A DNA stretch of 64,000 nucleotides from Acidimicrobiales bacterium (GCA_039583615.1 JAVKSQ010000005.1:1004-65003), one strand, 5' to 3'; counted from the stretch's first letter, positions 8,674 to 18,707 are shown. The notes: generated by a model from the letters alone, not told the origin. Translations and numbers: made by a program.

Positions 8674-9494
8674 GCGCTTCCCGGCCTGAGGCCGGGGTCG
8701 GGGTGATCGGCGGCAGCGGCTTCTACGCCTTCCTCGACGACGTCCACCACGTCAAGCTGCACACTCCCTACGGGCCTGCCTCGGCTCCGGTGGCACTGGG
8801 CGAGGTGGCCGGCACCGAGGTGGCCTTCCTGCCCCGTCACGGCGTCCATCACGATCTGCCTCCCCACCGGGTCAACTACCGGGCCAACCTGTGGGCCCTG
8901 CGGGAGTTCGGAGTGCACCGGGTGATCGGGGCCTGCGCCGCCGGCTCGCTGCGAGCCGACATCCACCCAGGGGACATGGTGGTGTGCGACCAGCTGGTGG
9001 ACCGTACCTGGGGGCGGTCCGACACCTTCTTCCAGGGGGGCCAAGTGGGCCACGTGGCCTTCGCCGACCCGTACTGCCCGGAGCTGAGCCAGGTGCTGGT
9101 GAGGGCGGCCGCCGAGGCGGGCGTGACTGCTCACGGCGCCGGGACGGTGGTGGTCATCCAGGGGCCGCGCTTCTCCACCCGGGCCGAGGCGGGTTGGTAC
9201 CGCTCGGCCGGATGGCACCTGGTCAACATGACCCAGTACCCCGAGGCGGCGCTGGCCCGCGAGCTCGGCATCTGCTACTCCGGGCTGGCCATGGTGACCG
9301 ACTACGACACCGGCCTGGAAGGCGTCGAGGGGATCGCGGCGGTCACCATGGCCAGCGCCCTGGAGGTGCTGGCCGACAACATCGGCAAGGCCCGCCACCT
9401 GCTGCTGGCCGCCATCCCGGGCATCCCCGCCACCTTCTCCTGTCACTGCCGGGAAGCCCTGGATCCCAGCCTGCTTGGGCTCAGGCCGGCCTAG
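8670..9494 (+). CDS. mtnP: S-methyl-5'-thioadenosine phosphorylase
   Basis: Strings GVIGGSGFY, FLPRHG..H..PPHRVNYRANLWAL, VVIQGPRFSTRAE and NMTQYPEAALAREL support the call. The GTG start overlaps the preceding stop (GTGA). Confidence 0.9.
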   Translation: MSASRPEAGVGVIGGSGFYAFLDDVHHVKLHTPYGPASAPVALGEVAGTEVAFLPRHGVHHDLPPHRVNYRANLWALREFGVHRVIGACAAGSLRADIHPGDMVVCDQLVDRTWGRSDTFFQGGQVGHVAFADPYCPELSQVLVRAAAEAGVTAHGAGTVVVIQGPRFSTRAEAGWYRSAGWHLVNMTQYPEAALARELGICYSGLAMVTDYDTGLEGVEGIAAVTMASALEVLADNIGKARHLLLAAIPGIPATFSCHCREALDPSLLGLRPA

Positions 9495-9544
9495 TCGGCC
9501 TGGTCGGCGGCTTCTGAGCAGGTACGGATCGGGCGGGCGGCCGG

Positions 9545-11017
9545 TCAGGAGCCGCTCATGCTCACGTCGGCGATGGCCAGGGTGACCCCGGCGGCCGCTC
9601 CGGGCAGCCACTCGACGTCGTCGCCGATGGCCACCACTGCCTGGAGCATCCGTTGGATGGTCGACGCGATGGTCACCTCCCGCACCGGCTCGGCCAGCGC
9701 CCCTCCCCGGATCATGAGCCCCTCGGCGCCCACCGAGAAGTCGCCGCTGACCGGGTTCACCCCCGAGTGCACGCCCGTGACCGAGCGCACCAGCAGGCCC
9801 TCGCCCACCTGGACCACGACCTGGGTCTCGTCCATGGGCCCGCCTCCCGGGCGGGCCTCCTCCCTGGGCCCGCCTCCCGGGCGGGCCTCCTCCATGGGCC
9901 CGCCTCCCGGGCGGGCCTCATCCGTCGGTACCAGGGCCAGGGCCCTGGCCCCCACTCCGGGGGTGGTCTTGAAGCCGCCCCGCACCGCCGAGGCGGTCGA
10001 GGCGGTGCCGGCTCGCCGTCCCGAGTAAGTGTCGTAGAGGAAGGCGGCCAGCACCCCCCCGGACACCAGCACGTTGCGCCGGCAGGCCAGCCCCTCGGCG
10101 TCGTGGGTGGCCGCCCCGTAGGCTCGGGCGTCGGTGGGGTCGTCGACCAGGGTCAGGCCGGCCGCCCCGACCTCCTCGCCCAGCCGGTCGGCGAAAGGCG
10201 AGCGACCCTTGAGCACGGCCTCCCCGGACAGGGTCCCGGCCAGGATGGCGAGCAGGGTGGTCGTCACCCGCTTGTCCAGGACCACCGTCAGCCGGCCCGA
10301 TCGGGGTTGCCTGGCCCCCAGCAGCTCGGTGGAACGGCGCACCGCGTCGCCGGCGGCCTTGGCCAGGTCGATGTCCTGCGGTTCCCGCCCGATGGAGTAG
10401 CCGCCGCCGGTCTGGGTCTCGTCGCCCTCGCCGGCGATGGCGTAGGTGGAGACGTAGCAGGAGGTCCGCCGAGACGAGGCGGCGATGCCGGTGGTCGTGG
10501 CCACCGCCACCTCGCTGGCCACGTCTCCCCAGTTGGCCTGCTCCACCTGGCGGATGCGGGGGTCGCCGCCGCGTACCCGGGCCTCGAGGTCCAGCGCCAG
10601 GGCCACCTTGTCCTCGGCGGCCAGGCCGGCCAGGGCCGGGCGCCACAGGTCCAGCGTCGCCGCCTCCGCCCCGTCCGGGCCGGCCAGGCCGACGTGCTCG
10701 TCGGGGGTGGCGAAGGCGGCGTTGTCGCGCGCCTCGGCCAGCGTCTCGGCCATGATGGCGTCGTCCAGGGAGCCGGCATAGGCGAAGCCCTGTCTGGTCC
10801 CCACCACCACCCGCACGCCGACTCCCGCCGACTCGGCCGAGGACAGCGACTCCACCTCGCCCCCGAACACCCGCACCGACGTGTCCCGCCCCCGGGCCAC
10901 GTAGGCCTCCACCTCCTCGCCGGGCCGAGCCCACGACACTATGCGGCCGGCCACCTCGTCCAGGGCGCCGACCCCAGAGCCCTTTCCCGAGCCCTCAGCC
11001 ACCAGCCGTCCCCCCAA
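9545..11017 (-). CDS. pmbA: PmbA/TldE-family metalloprotease partner
   Basis: The fold is TldD/PmbA-family without an HExxxH motif. It is adjacent to, and overlaps by 23 nt, the tldD gene. It contains an inserted (EARPGGGP[MR]E)x3 repeat. Confidence 0.85.
   Translation of the reverse strand: MGGRLVAEGSGKGSGVGALDEVAGRIVSWARPGEEVEAYVARGRDTSVRVFGGEVESLSSAESAGVGVRVVVGTRQGFAYAGSLDDAIMAETLAEARDNAAFATPDEHVGLAGPDGAEAATLDLWRPALAGLAAEDKVALALDLEARVRGGDPRIRQVEQANWGDVASEVAVATTTGIAASSRRTSCYVSTYAIAGEGDETQTGGGYSIGREPQDIDLAKAAGDAVRRSTELLGARQPRSGRLTVVLDKRVTTTLLAILAGTLSGEAVLKGRSPFADRLGEEVGAAGLTLVDDPTDARAYGAATHDAEGLACRRNVLVSGGVLAAFLYDTYSGRRAGTASTASAVRGGFKTTPGVGARALALVPTDEARPGGGPMEEARPGGGPREEARPGGGPMDETQVVVQVGEGLLVRSVTGVHSGVNPVSGDFSVGAEGLMIRGGALAEPVREVTIASTIQRMLQAVVAIGDDVEWLPGAAAGVTLAIADVSMSGS
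9831..9920. repeat. 30-bp tandem repeat x3, each unit containing an 8-bp-stem palindrome (ggcccgcc tcccg ggcgggcc), in frame within pmbA
   Basis: Units 9831-9860, 9861-9890 and 9891-9920 differ at 1-2 positions. The stem pairs 9837-9844 with 9850-9857 in the first unit. Confidence 0.95.
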
Positions 11018-12395
11018 TGGTCACGCCGGTGACCCGCAGGGTGGGCTGCCCGCAGCCGACCGGCACGCTCTGGCCGTCCTTGCCGCAGGTCCCGGGCACC
11101 ATGGCGAAGTCGTTGCCCACCGCGTCGATCCGGCGCAGCACCTCCGGACCGTTGCCGATGAGGTTCGCCTCCCTCAACGGCTCGGTGACCCGGCCGTCCT
11201 CGATGAGGTAGGCCTCGGTCATCCCGAACACGAAATCCCCGGTGGCGGTGTTGACCTGACCTCCTCCCAGCTGGGCCACGTAGACGCCCCTCGGGGTCTG
11301 GGCCACTATCTCGTCAGGGTCCTCGGCCCCGTTGGCCAGGTAGGTGTTGGTCATCCTCACCATGGGCAGGTGCTGGTAGCTCTGGCGCCGGCCGTTGCCG
11401 GACGACGCCTTGGACTGCTTGCGGGCCCGCAGCCAGTCCCACATGTAGTCGGTGAGGACCCCGTCGGCGATCAGCACGTTGCGCTGGGCCGGGCGGCCCT
11501 CGTCGTCGATGGCGAAGGCGCCCCACTCGCCGCCCATGGTGCCCTGGTCCACCAGGGTCACCAGTGGGCTGGCCACTAGCTGGCCCATCTTGGCGGTGTA
11601 GACCGAGCTGTCCTTGGCTATGTGGTCGGCCTCCAGGCCGTGGCCGCAGGCCTCGTGGAACAAGATGCCCCCGCTGCCCCCCTTGATGACCACCGGCAGG
11701 GTGCCGCTCGGCGCCGGCCGGGCAGCCAGCTTGGTCAGCGCCCGCCGGGCCGCCTCCCCGGCCACCTCCTCCACCGTCACCCGCTCGAACAGCTCGAACC
11801 CCACGGTGGCAGCCGCGGTGTGGAAGCCGGTCTGCATGCCGGTGTCGCCCACCGCCACGCAGCTCACGCTGAAGCGGGTCCGGACCTGGTCGTCACCGGC
11901 CAGCAGGCCGTCGCTGTTGGCCACCAGGATGCGACGGTGGCTGTCGCCGTAGCCGGCGCTCACCTGGGTGACGGCGCCCCCGGCCGACCGGGCGGCCTCG
12001 TCGGCCCGGGCCAGCAGCTCGACCTTGGCCGCCTTGCCCACCTCGTCGGGGGCGACCTGGGCCGCCGCTGGGCGTGAGTGGGCAGTGGAGGCGTGGGCGC
12101 CGACCGCAATTTTTCGAAATATGCCGTCATCCTGCCGGGCCACCGCGGCCGCCGCCCGGGCGGCTGCCAGCAGCCCTTCCTCGGACAGGTCGGCAGTGTG
12201 GGCGAAGCCGGTGGTCTCGCCCACCACCACCCGGATGCCGGCACCCCGGTCCCGCCCGGAGGCCAGCTCCTCGACCTTGGCGTCGTCGAGGGAGGCCGAC
12301 GAGGTGCGGCGGTCCTCGGCGAACAGCTCGGCGAAGTCGCCCCCCCGGCGCAGGGACTCACCCAGGACGCGCTCGACGGTGGACGCTTCGATCAC
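10995..12395 (-). CDS. tldD: Metalloprotease TldD
   Basis: Contains the HEACGHGLE (HExxxH) motif and RVVVGETTGFAHTADLS. The ORF is full length at 466 aa. Confidence 0.9.
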   Translation of the reverse strand: MIEASTVERVLGESLRRGGDFAELFAEDRRTSSASLDDAKVEELASGRDRGAGIRVVVGETTGFAHTADLSEEGLLAAARAAAAVARQDDGIFRKIAVGAHASTAHSRPAAAQVAPDEVGKAAKVELLARADEAARSAGGAVTQVSAGYGDSHRRILVANSDGLLAGDDQVRTRFSVSCVAVGDTGMQTGFHTAAATVGFELFERVTVEEVAGEAARRALTKLAARPAPSGTLPVVIKGGSGGILFHEACGHGLEADHIAKDSSVYTAKMGQLVASPLVTLVDQGTMGGEWGAFAIDDEGRPAQRNVLIADGVLTDYMWDWLRARKQSKASSGNGRRQSYQHLPMVRMTNTYLANGAEDPDEIVAQTPRGVYVAQLGGGQVNTATGDFVFGMTEAYLIEDGRVTEPLREANLIGNGPEVLRRIDAVGNDFAMVPGTCGKDGQSVPVGCGQPTLRVTGVTIGGTAGG

Positions 12396-12487
12396 GGCTG
12401 CTCCTCCCGGGGTGGCTCGACCGGGCTTAGGCTAGTGGCCTTGCGACCAGGCGACGAAGAGGCGGGCCGCCTGGCCCGGTCCGGGCC

Positions 12488-14278
12488 GTGAGCCCGGTCT
12501 GGCGTCGGGGGGGCAAAGCCGCTCCGGAGGAGACGCGTCCGGTACCGTCTGGGGTTGTGGATCCAGACCGGGAGACCTCGCCGGGGCCCGAACCGGCTGA
12601 TCCGACCAGCGTGCCTGCCGGGTCAGCGGCACCGGGGTCAGGGGCACCGGGGCCAGGGGCACCGGGGCCAGGGGCACCGGGGTCAGGGGATCCAGCCGGG
12701 GGCAGCCCCCAGGCAGGGCCAGGAGATCCAGCCGGGGGCAGCCCGCCGGCGAGGCCAGGAGGGACAGTGACCGACGAGGCCGAGGCCCTGCGGGGCCACA
12801 AGGCACGCGACGACGCCATCCAGGCGGCCCTGGCGGCGATCACGGTGCGGATAGAGGCGCTGGCCGGGGCATCGTCGTCTTTTCGTGACCTGGTGGCGGA
12901 CAAGCTCGTCGACCACCCGGCGTCAGGTGTGGGGACGTTGCCGGAGGTGGCGGCCCCCGACTACGGGACCCGCCCCCCGCCGCCCCCCCTCTACGGCTTC
13001 CCGACCGAGGCTCCGGCGCTCGGGGACCGCCCGGAGGATCTCGACTACGCCGCCGGGGAGGTGACCGAGCGCCGTCTGGGCGAGGTCCAGCGAGGCCTGC
13101 TCGGCGTGCAGGGCGGCCTGCGGGAGCTGGCCCATGCCTCGGACGCCCTGGGGCGGACGCTGCGGGGGTTGGCTGACGGCACCATCCGCCTGCCGTCGAT
13201 CGACGCAGTGGAGCAGCGCACCGACGAGCTCGGGCGTCGTCTGCTGCGGCGCCTCGACGGCGTGGAGCAGTCCCTGGCCGCCGCCGTCCGCGACGAGCAG
13301 GCCTGGCTGCGGGCCGGTCTGCCGCCGGAGCTGGCCGCCAAGGCCCAGACGGCCATCGTGGCGTCGCTGGAGCCCCTGGAGACGGCCCTTCACCAGCGGC
13401 TTGACCAGTTCGTCGACACGGTGCTCTCCGGTGTCAGCGAAGCGCTGAAGGAGACCGAGGATGCGGTGGTGGAGCGCATACAGGAGGAGGTCAGGGCCGA
13501 GCAACGGGCGATGAGCCGGCGCCTGGAGAAGCGTCTGGACATGCTCACCCAGGAGGTGGCCGAGCAGGGGGCGCTGGGTGGGCATCTCGAGGAGATCGTC
13601 GACGGGCTGGCCCAGCAGCTGGCCGGAGGCCAGGGCGGGCTGGGGGCGCACCTGGAGGCACTCGAGAGGGAGATCGGTGGCCTGGTCAAGGCGGAGAACG
13701 CCACCGCCCTGCAGCTGTTGAACGGACGCCTGGAGGAGCGCCTGGACGCGCTGGCCGAGGAGCTGGGCGCCCTGCAGAGGGCCGAGAAGGCCACCGGCCT
13801 CAAGCTGACCGGCGTCCGGGGCCGCCTGGCCGACGCCCTCGCTGCGCTGGACAGGCTGAGCACCCGTCCCGGTACGGGTTCGCCCGAGCTGGCCGAGGTG
13901 ATCGAGGTCAATCGCCTGGTGGTCGAGCGCCTGGAGGAGCTGAGCCTGGAGATGCAGACCGTGCGCCGCCGCCTGCCGGTGCGCGGGCCGGTCCCTCGAC
14001 CGGCCGGTACGCAGCCCGCCGCGGTGGACGAGGAGGACGAAGAGGAGGAGGAGGTCCTGGGACCGCCTGGTCGCGGGGCACCGGTGCCGGGGCTGCCCGG
14101 GAGGCAGCGGGGCTCGCGAGGACCGCTCGTGCCAGGACCAGGTGCCCGGCGGGCGAGCAACCAGCGCCCACCCGTGCGCCGGGCGGGAGAGGAGGGGCCG
14201 CCGCCTGCCCCCCGGCGCCGCCCGACCCCCCCGGTGAAGCTGGTGCCCCCGAGGGGTCCGGTACGCGACTCCGGGTGA
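12488..14278 (+). CDS. Hypothetical coiled-coil protein with Pro/Gly-rich repeat N-terminus and Pro/Arg-rich C-terminus
   Basis: Only the plus frame shows consistently G/C-ending codons and heptad-like Leu/Glu/Arg repeats (RLEERLDALAEELGALQRAEK...). The overlapping minus ORFs are low complexity. The start is uncertain (GTG 12488 or GTG about 12557). Confidence 0.6.
   Translation: MSPVWRRGGKAAPEETRPVPSGVVDPDRETSPGPEPADPTSVPAGSAAPGSGAPGPGAPGPGAPGSGDPAGGSPQAGPGDPAGGSPPARPGGTVTDEAEALRGHKARDDAIQAALAAITVRIEALAGASSSFRDLVADKLVDHPASGVGTLPEVAAPDYGTRPPPPPLYGFPTEAPALGDRPEDLDYAAGEVTERRLGEVQRGLLGVQGGLRELAHASDALGRTLRGLADGTIRLPSIDAVEQRTDELGRRLLRRLDGVEQSLAAAVRDEQAWLRAGLPPELAAKAQTAIVASLEPLETALHQRLDQFVDTVLSGVSEALKETEDAVVERIQEEVRAEQRAMSRRLEKRLDMLTQEVAEQGALGGHLEEIVDGLAQQLAGGQGGLGAHLEALEREIGGLVKAENATALQLLNGRLEERLDALAEELGALQRAEKATGLKLTGVRGRLADALAALDRLSTRPGTGSPELAEVIEVNRLVVERLEELSLEMQTVRRRLPVRGPVPRPAGTQPAAVDEEDEEEEEVLGPPGRGAPVPGLPGRQRGSRGPLVPGPGARRASNQRPPVRRAGEEGPPPAPRRRPTPPVKLVPPRGPVRDSG
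12629..12760. repeat. 15-bp tandem repeat x4 (gcaccggggYcaggg, 12629-12688) followed by 36-bp repeat x2 (12689-12760), in frame
   Basis: Read directly. The repeats encode APGSG/APGPG x4 and DPAGGSPxxxPG x2. Confidence 0.9.
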
Positions 14279-14297
14279 AGGGCCCGGTGCCGAGGGC

Positions 14298-15995
14298 TCA
14301 GTAGGCGCCGCGGCCGCGGACAACCGCCGCCATGGTCTTGGCCAGGATCACGAAGTCCAGCCCGAGCGACCAGTTCTCGACGTAGTACAGGTCCAGGCGC
14401 ACGGCATCCAGCCAGGCGAGCTCGCAGCGCCCGCTCACCTGCCACAGGCCGGTGAGACCGGGCCGGACGAGGAGGCGCCGACGGGTGTCGTCGTCGTAGC
14501 TCTCGACTTCACCGGGCAGGGGCGGACGGGGTCCGACCATGGACATGTGACCGCTCACCACGTGCCACAGCTGGGGGAGCTCGTCGAGCGAGAAGCGCCG
14601 CAGCCACCGCCCCACCGGCGTGACTCGGGGGTCCCGCCGGATCTTGAACAGGGGACCGTCGTGCTCGTTGAGGTGGCGGATGGTGGCCAGCTCGGCATCG
14701 GCCCCGGCCGCCATGGTGCGGAACTTCCACATGACGAACGGCCGCCCGGCCCGCCCCACCCGACACTGGCGGAACAGGACCGGCCCCGGACTGCTCAGCT
14801 TCACGGCCAGCGCCACGAGGGCCAGTACCGGTGCCAGCAGCACGAGGAGCACGCTGGCGGTCAGACGTTCGATCACGTGCTTGGCCACTCGGTCAGGGCC
14901 GCCGAAGCGCGGCTCCTCCACGTGCAACAGGGGCAGGCCGCCTACCGGTCGGATACCGATCCTCGGGCCGGCCACTCCGGTGACGCCCGGCGCCACGATC
15001 AGGTCCACGCCGGTGCGCTCCAGGCGCGCTGCCAGGCGGCGGATGGCTCCCAGCCCCAGCACGGCGCCGTCGGCCACCACCACCGCGTCGGCCTCACCGG
15101 CCAGGACCCACTGGATGATCTCGTCGCGCTGGGTCACCACGGGGACCGGCTCCCCGTCCACGTCGACCTGGGCGCCCGAGGGGGCTCCGGTGCAGGCTCC
15201 CACCACTGACAGACCGCCGTGCGGGGCCCGGCGCAGGTGGCGCACCAGCTCCTCGACGTGGCTCGCCGACCCGATGAGGACCGCCCGCTGCACGCACTTG
15301 CCGCGGGCCCGCTCGGCGTGCAGCCATCGCCGGGCTCCCCAGTGGGCGAAGAAGGTCACCGCCAGCGCCAAGGGGCCGACCAGGCCCACGAACTCCCGGG
15401 AGACGTTGACGTGGGACAAGAAGGCGAGCACCGCCATGGCCCCCACGAAGCGCACGGAGGCGTCGAGGATGCGCCGGTACTCCTCCGTGCCGGCACCGAG
15501 CGTCCGGGAGTCGTAGACGCCGCTGGCCAACAGGGTGAGGATCCACAGCGGGGCCAGGAGGGCCGAGAGGAGCGGGTAGGCGATAGAGGTGCCCACCACG
15601 TGGGTGTCGGCGGCATTGGCAGTGCCGAAGCGGACGAACTCGGCCAGCAGGCCGCTGCCGGCCAGCACGATGGCATCGGCCACCACCAGAGCGGCGACAT
15701 AGGGTCGCCGCCACCGACCGGCGGATCGGGTGGCCACCGGCCGCAGCCGGGGCCGGCGGCTGGCGGGGAGGCCGACCTCGGCTACCGGGGCACCGATCGG
15801 TCCAGCCAGCTCGGCGATGGCCGGTCCTCCATAGGCGCTGAGGGCAGAGGCGCTGAGGGCAGAGGCGCTGAGGGCAGAGGCGCTCAGGGGAGAGGCGCTC
15901 AGGGCAGAGGCGCTCAGGGCAGAGCCGACCCCGCCCAGGAGCGTCCCCTCTTGCCCGGGACCATCCCTGCCAACCGCACCGAGATCGGCTGCCAT
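14298..15995 (-). CDS. Polyprenyl-phosphate sugar phosphotransferase (WbaP/exopolysaccharide priming enzyme family)
   Basis: The C-terminal domain carries VLFRQCRVGRAGRPFVMWKFRTM, DELPQLWHVVSGHMSMVGPRP and RPGLTGLWQVSGR, and there are N-terminal TM segments. The start is placed at the ATG (complement of 15993-15995, MAADLGAV...). The remainder of track ORF 14298..17000 is antisense to the TylF-like gene. Confidence 0.85.
   Translation of the reverse strand: MAADLGAVGRDGPGQEGTLLGGVGSALSASALSASPLSASALSASALSASALSAYGGPAIAELAGPIGAPVAEVGLPASRRPRLRPVATRSAGRWRRPYVAALVVADAIVLAGSGLLAEFVRFGTANAADTHVVGTSIAYPLLSALLAPLWILTLLASGVYDSRTLGAGTEEYRRILDASVRFVGAMAVLAFLSHVNVSREFVGLVGPLALAVTFFAHWGARRWLHAERARGKCVQRAVLIGSASHVEELVRHLRRAPHGGLSVVGACTGAPSGAQVDVDGEPVPVVTQRDEIIQWVLAGEADAVVVADGAVLGLGAIRRLAARLERTGVDLIVAPGVTGVAGPRIGIRPVGGLPLLHVEEPRFGGPDRVAKHVIERLTASVLLVLLAPVLALVALAVKLSSPGPVLFRQCRVGRAGRPFVMWKFRTMAAGADAELATIRHLNEHDGPLFKIRRDPRVTPVGRWLRRFSLDELPQLWHVVSGHMSMVGPRPPLPGEVESYDDDTRRRLLVRPGLTGLWQVSGRCELAWLDAVRLDLYYVENWSLGLDFVILAKTMAAVVRGRGAY
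15835..15924. repeat. 15-bp tandem repeat x6 (gcgctSagggSagag), in frame ((ALSAS)n) in the N-terminus of the priming transferase
   Basis: Read directly: six contiguous units with 1-2 substitutions. Confidence 0.95.
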
Positions 15996-16166
15996 ACCCA
16001 GCTTCCCTCCCCGTTCGAGCCTGCGGTAGGCTAGCCCGGTAGCTGAGCCGGTGCACGGTTGGATTGTCGAGCGCCAGGAGCGGGCAGCTCCTGAGGCGTC
16101 GTGGGTTTCATCGTCGGCCGGTCGGGCGGACGGTATGTCTCGCCCGGGCCGGAGAGGGAGGGCTCG

Positions 16167-17006
16167 ATGGAGACGCTGGACAGGCCAGCTGCCGAGCTCT
16201 ACCTGGACCTGCTCAAGAGGTGCCTCACCCGGGAGCTGCTCGCAGAGTGCTATCACCCCCTCCGCACGGGCCGTCCCCTGACCTGGAAGCGCCTGGCGTA
16301 CCGCCTGCCCGAGCAGCTCCTTGCCCGGTACAAGCTGCAATTGGTCCGCCGAGCCCAGCCAGATCCCGCCGTCCGGGACGAGGGCCGTGACTGGCCGTCC
16401 TCGGCCGAGACGATGATCGGGCGCCGCCGGCTGGACAACTTGCAGTACTGCGTCATCCAGGCCCTGACCAGCGAGGTGCCCGGCGATCTCATCGAGACCG
16501 GCGTGTGGAGGGGCGGAGCGTCGATCTTCATGCGGGCCGTCCTGAAGGCGCTGGGCGACACCGATCGAAGGGTCTGGCTGGCTGATTCGTTTCGGGGCCT
16601 GCCTCCGCCGGACCCTGCCCGCTATCCGGCCGACGCTGGTGACCTGCTCTGGCGCTACGACGACCTGGCCATACCCCTGGAGGAGGTGAAGTCCAACTTT
16701 TCCCGGTACGGCCTGCTCGACGACCAGGTTCGTTTCCTGGAGGGCTGGTTCGACGAGACCCTGCCGGCGGCCCCCGTCGACCGCCTGTGCGTGCTGCGCC
16801 TCGACGGCGACATGTACCAGTCCACCATGGTGGCTCTGTCTGCCCTCTATCCCAAGCTGTCGGTGGAGGGGTTCGTCATCATCGACGACTTCGGTGCCGT
16901 TCCGGCCTGCCGGGCCGCAGTCGAGGACTATCGCCGCCAGCACGACATCTCGGAGGAGATAGTGCCGATCGACTGGACGGGAGTGTTCTGGCGCCGGCAA
17001 AGGTGA
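16167..17006 (+). CDS. TylF/MycF-family (macrocin-O-methyltransferase-like) sugar O-methyltransferase
   Basis: Strings PGDLIETGVWRGGASIFMRAVL, ADSFRGLP and LRLDGDMYQSTMVALSALYPKLSVGGF-like support the call. The ATG at 16167 (METLDRPAAELYLDLLKRCLT) is preceded by GGAGAGGGAGGG. Confidence 0.85.
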   Translation: METLDRPAAELYLDLLKRCLTRELLAECYHPLRTGRPLTWKRLAYRLPEQLLARYKLQLVRRAQPDPAVRDEGRDWPSSAETMIGRRRLDNLQYCVIQALTSEVPGDLIETGVWRGGASIFMRAVLKALGDTDRRVWLADSFRGLPPPDPARYPADAGDLLWRYDDLAIPLEEVKSNFSRYGLLDDQVRFLEGWFDETLPAAPVDRLCVLRLDGDMYQSTMVALSALYPKLSVEGFVIIDDFGAVPACRAAVEDYRRQHDISEEIVPIDWTGVFWRRQR

Positions 17007-17125
17007 TGTCGGCGACGAGCTGGGAGCTGCCCGGGGCTGGCTGGCGCCCTCGACCGGCCTGGGGTGGGGACGAGCACCTGGTGGCTGGCCCCACGTCTGG
17101 CCGATCGCGGCTCCGGGTCACTTGA

Positions 17126-18652
17126 GTGTGGTGTCGCAGGCCTCGCCATGAAGGGGGGCCGGCTGACCCGGGGCCTCTAGCCAGCACCCTGGCTGAGCCG
17201 GTGACGGCTCCTGCCGGAGGCCTGGGGACGGCGGAGATACGCCGCCGAGCTACCCGAGGCGCAGCCGTCCTGGGGGCACGCATGGGGATCGTCAAGGTCC
17301 TCAGCCTGGCTGCCAACGTGGTCCTGGCCAGGCTCCTCACTCCGCGGGACTTCGGCCTTGTCGCCTTTGGTGCCTCCCTGGTGACCATCGCCAGGCTGCT
17401 GGCCGATGGGGGGATCGGCCTCGCTCTCATCCTGGGTCCGAGCGAACCGGAGCGCCGCGACCTGGCGGCGCTGCTGGGGTTCCAGCTGGTCGGCTCGACA
17501 ACGATCGTGGGGGCGGTGGCGCTGGTGGCTCTGCCCTTCGGCGAGGCCGGTCGCGTCACCTCGCTGATCGCCCTCTCCATCCCGCTGGCGGTCTGGGGCA
17601 GTCCTGGGGCGATCATCCTCGAACGCCAGCTGTCATACCGCACGATCGCCTCGGTGGAAGTCATCGGAGTGGTGACCTACCTGGGCTGCGCCACCGCGTC
17701 GGTGGCTCTCGGAGCTGGCGTCTGGGGCCTGGCCAGCGCCATGGCCCTCGGCCCTGCTGTTCAGAGCCTCGCCACCGTCCTCCTGGTGCCGGCGGGCCGG
17801 GTCCGGCCGCAGCTGGCTTGGGCGCGGGTGCGCCGGCTGCTGGGCTTCGGCACCCGGTTCCAGGCTGCCGGCCTGGTCGACCTGGCCTACCAGCAGGGAG
17901 TCAACGTGGGCACAGCGTCCCTGGTCGGCATCCCGAACCTCGGGAGATGGACCTTTGTGACCAACCTGATGCAGGTGCCCCTTGATCTGTTGACCATATT
18001 CGTCCGGGTGTCCTTTCCCTCGATAGCCAGGCTGATGGACGCTGGCCAGGATCCAGCTGGCCGGCTCGAGGAGTTCATGAGGATCGTGGCGGTGAGCTGG
18101 GGCATCCTGATCGCCGGGATCGTGGGCACGGCGCCGGCATCCATCGATGTGATCTTCGGAACCTCATGGCATCCTGCGATCGCCGTGCTGCCCTGGGTCG
18201 GAGCTGCCTACACGCTGAGCGGTCCGATGGGAGTGGTCCTGGTCGGCTACCTCTACGCCCGGGGCCAAGCGGGCACCATCCTGCGCATCAAGATCCTCGA
18301 TACCGTGGTCGGGCTGGCGGCGGCGATGGCCCTTCTTCCCATCTTCGGCATCACCGCTCTCGGCATTGGCATGGTGGTGCAGGTCCTGGCTCAGATGTTC
18401 CTCTATCGAGGGGCCATTCGTCGCTGGGCTCGTGTCCGGGTCTTGCTGGCGATCCTTCCACAGGCCGGTGCCACTGCCCTTGCTGCCGGGGCAGGCTGGT
18501 ACACGGCTTGGGAGCTGGGGCCCCATCCCCTTGCCCTCGCCGGCTCGGCGCTGGCCACCGGAGCTGTCTACAGCGGGTGCACCGCGCTGGTCAGTCGGAC
18601 GGTCCTCAGGGAGACTCTCAGCCTTCTAAGAGCCGGGCTCGGCGCCAGATAG
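17126..18652 (+). CDS. Polysaccharide flippase (Wzx/PST family, MOP superfamily)
   Basis: A multi-TM protein with an N-terminal string GAAVLGARMGIVKVLSLAANVVLARLLTPRDFGLVAF typical of the family. The start is uncertain (an in-frame GTG at 17201 is possible). Confidence 0.75.
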   Translation: MWCRRPRHEGGPADPGPLASTLAEPVTAPAGGLGTAEIRRRATRGAAVLGARMGIVKVLSLAANVVLARLLTPRDFGLVAFGASLVTIARLLADGGIGLALILGPSEPERRDLAALLGFQLVGSTTIVGAVALVALPFGEAGRVTSLIALSIPLAVWGSPGAIILERQLSYRTIASVEVIGVVTYLGCATASVALGAGVWGLASAMALGPAVQSLATVLLVPAGRVRPQLAWARVRRLLGFGTRFQAAGLVDLAYQQGVNVGTASLVGIPNLGRWTFVTNLMQVPLDLLTIFVRVSFPSIARLMDAGQDPAGRLEEFMRIVAVSWGILIAGIVGTAPASIDVIFGTSWHPAIAVLPWVGAAYTLSGPMGVVLVGYLYARGQAGTILRIKILDTVVGLAAAMALLPIFGITALGIGMVVQVLAQMFLYRGAIRRWARVRVLLAILPQAGATALAAGAGWYTAWELGPHPLALAGSALATGAVYSGCTALVSRTVLRETLSLLRAGLGAR

Positions 18653-18707
18653 GCCAAGCTCTCCGGCTGGCCCGACCAACTGCACCTGGAAGCCAGCCCT
18701 TAGGGCT

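Noticed and set aside
15835-15924. Tandem repeat arrays as possible CRISPR
   Set aside because: The units are contiguous 15-bp (or 30/36-bp) copies without spacers, lie inside coding frames, and no cas genes are present. The same applies to 8521-8565, 9831-9920, 12629-12760 and 50642-50686.
15996-17000. N-terminal 335 codons of the 900-aa track ORF 14298..17000(-)
   Set aside because: This part is antisense to the well-supported TylF-like gene and is low complexity. The sugar-transferase homology, its TM segments and a sensible ATG begin at 15995.
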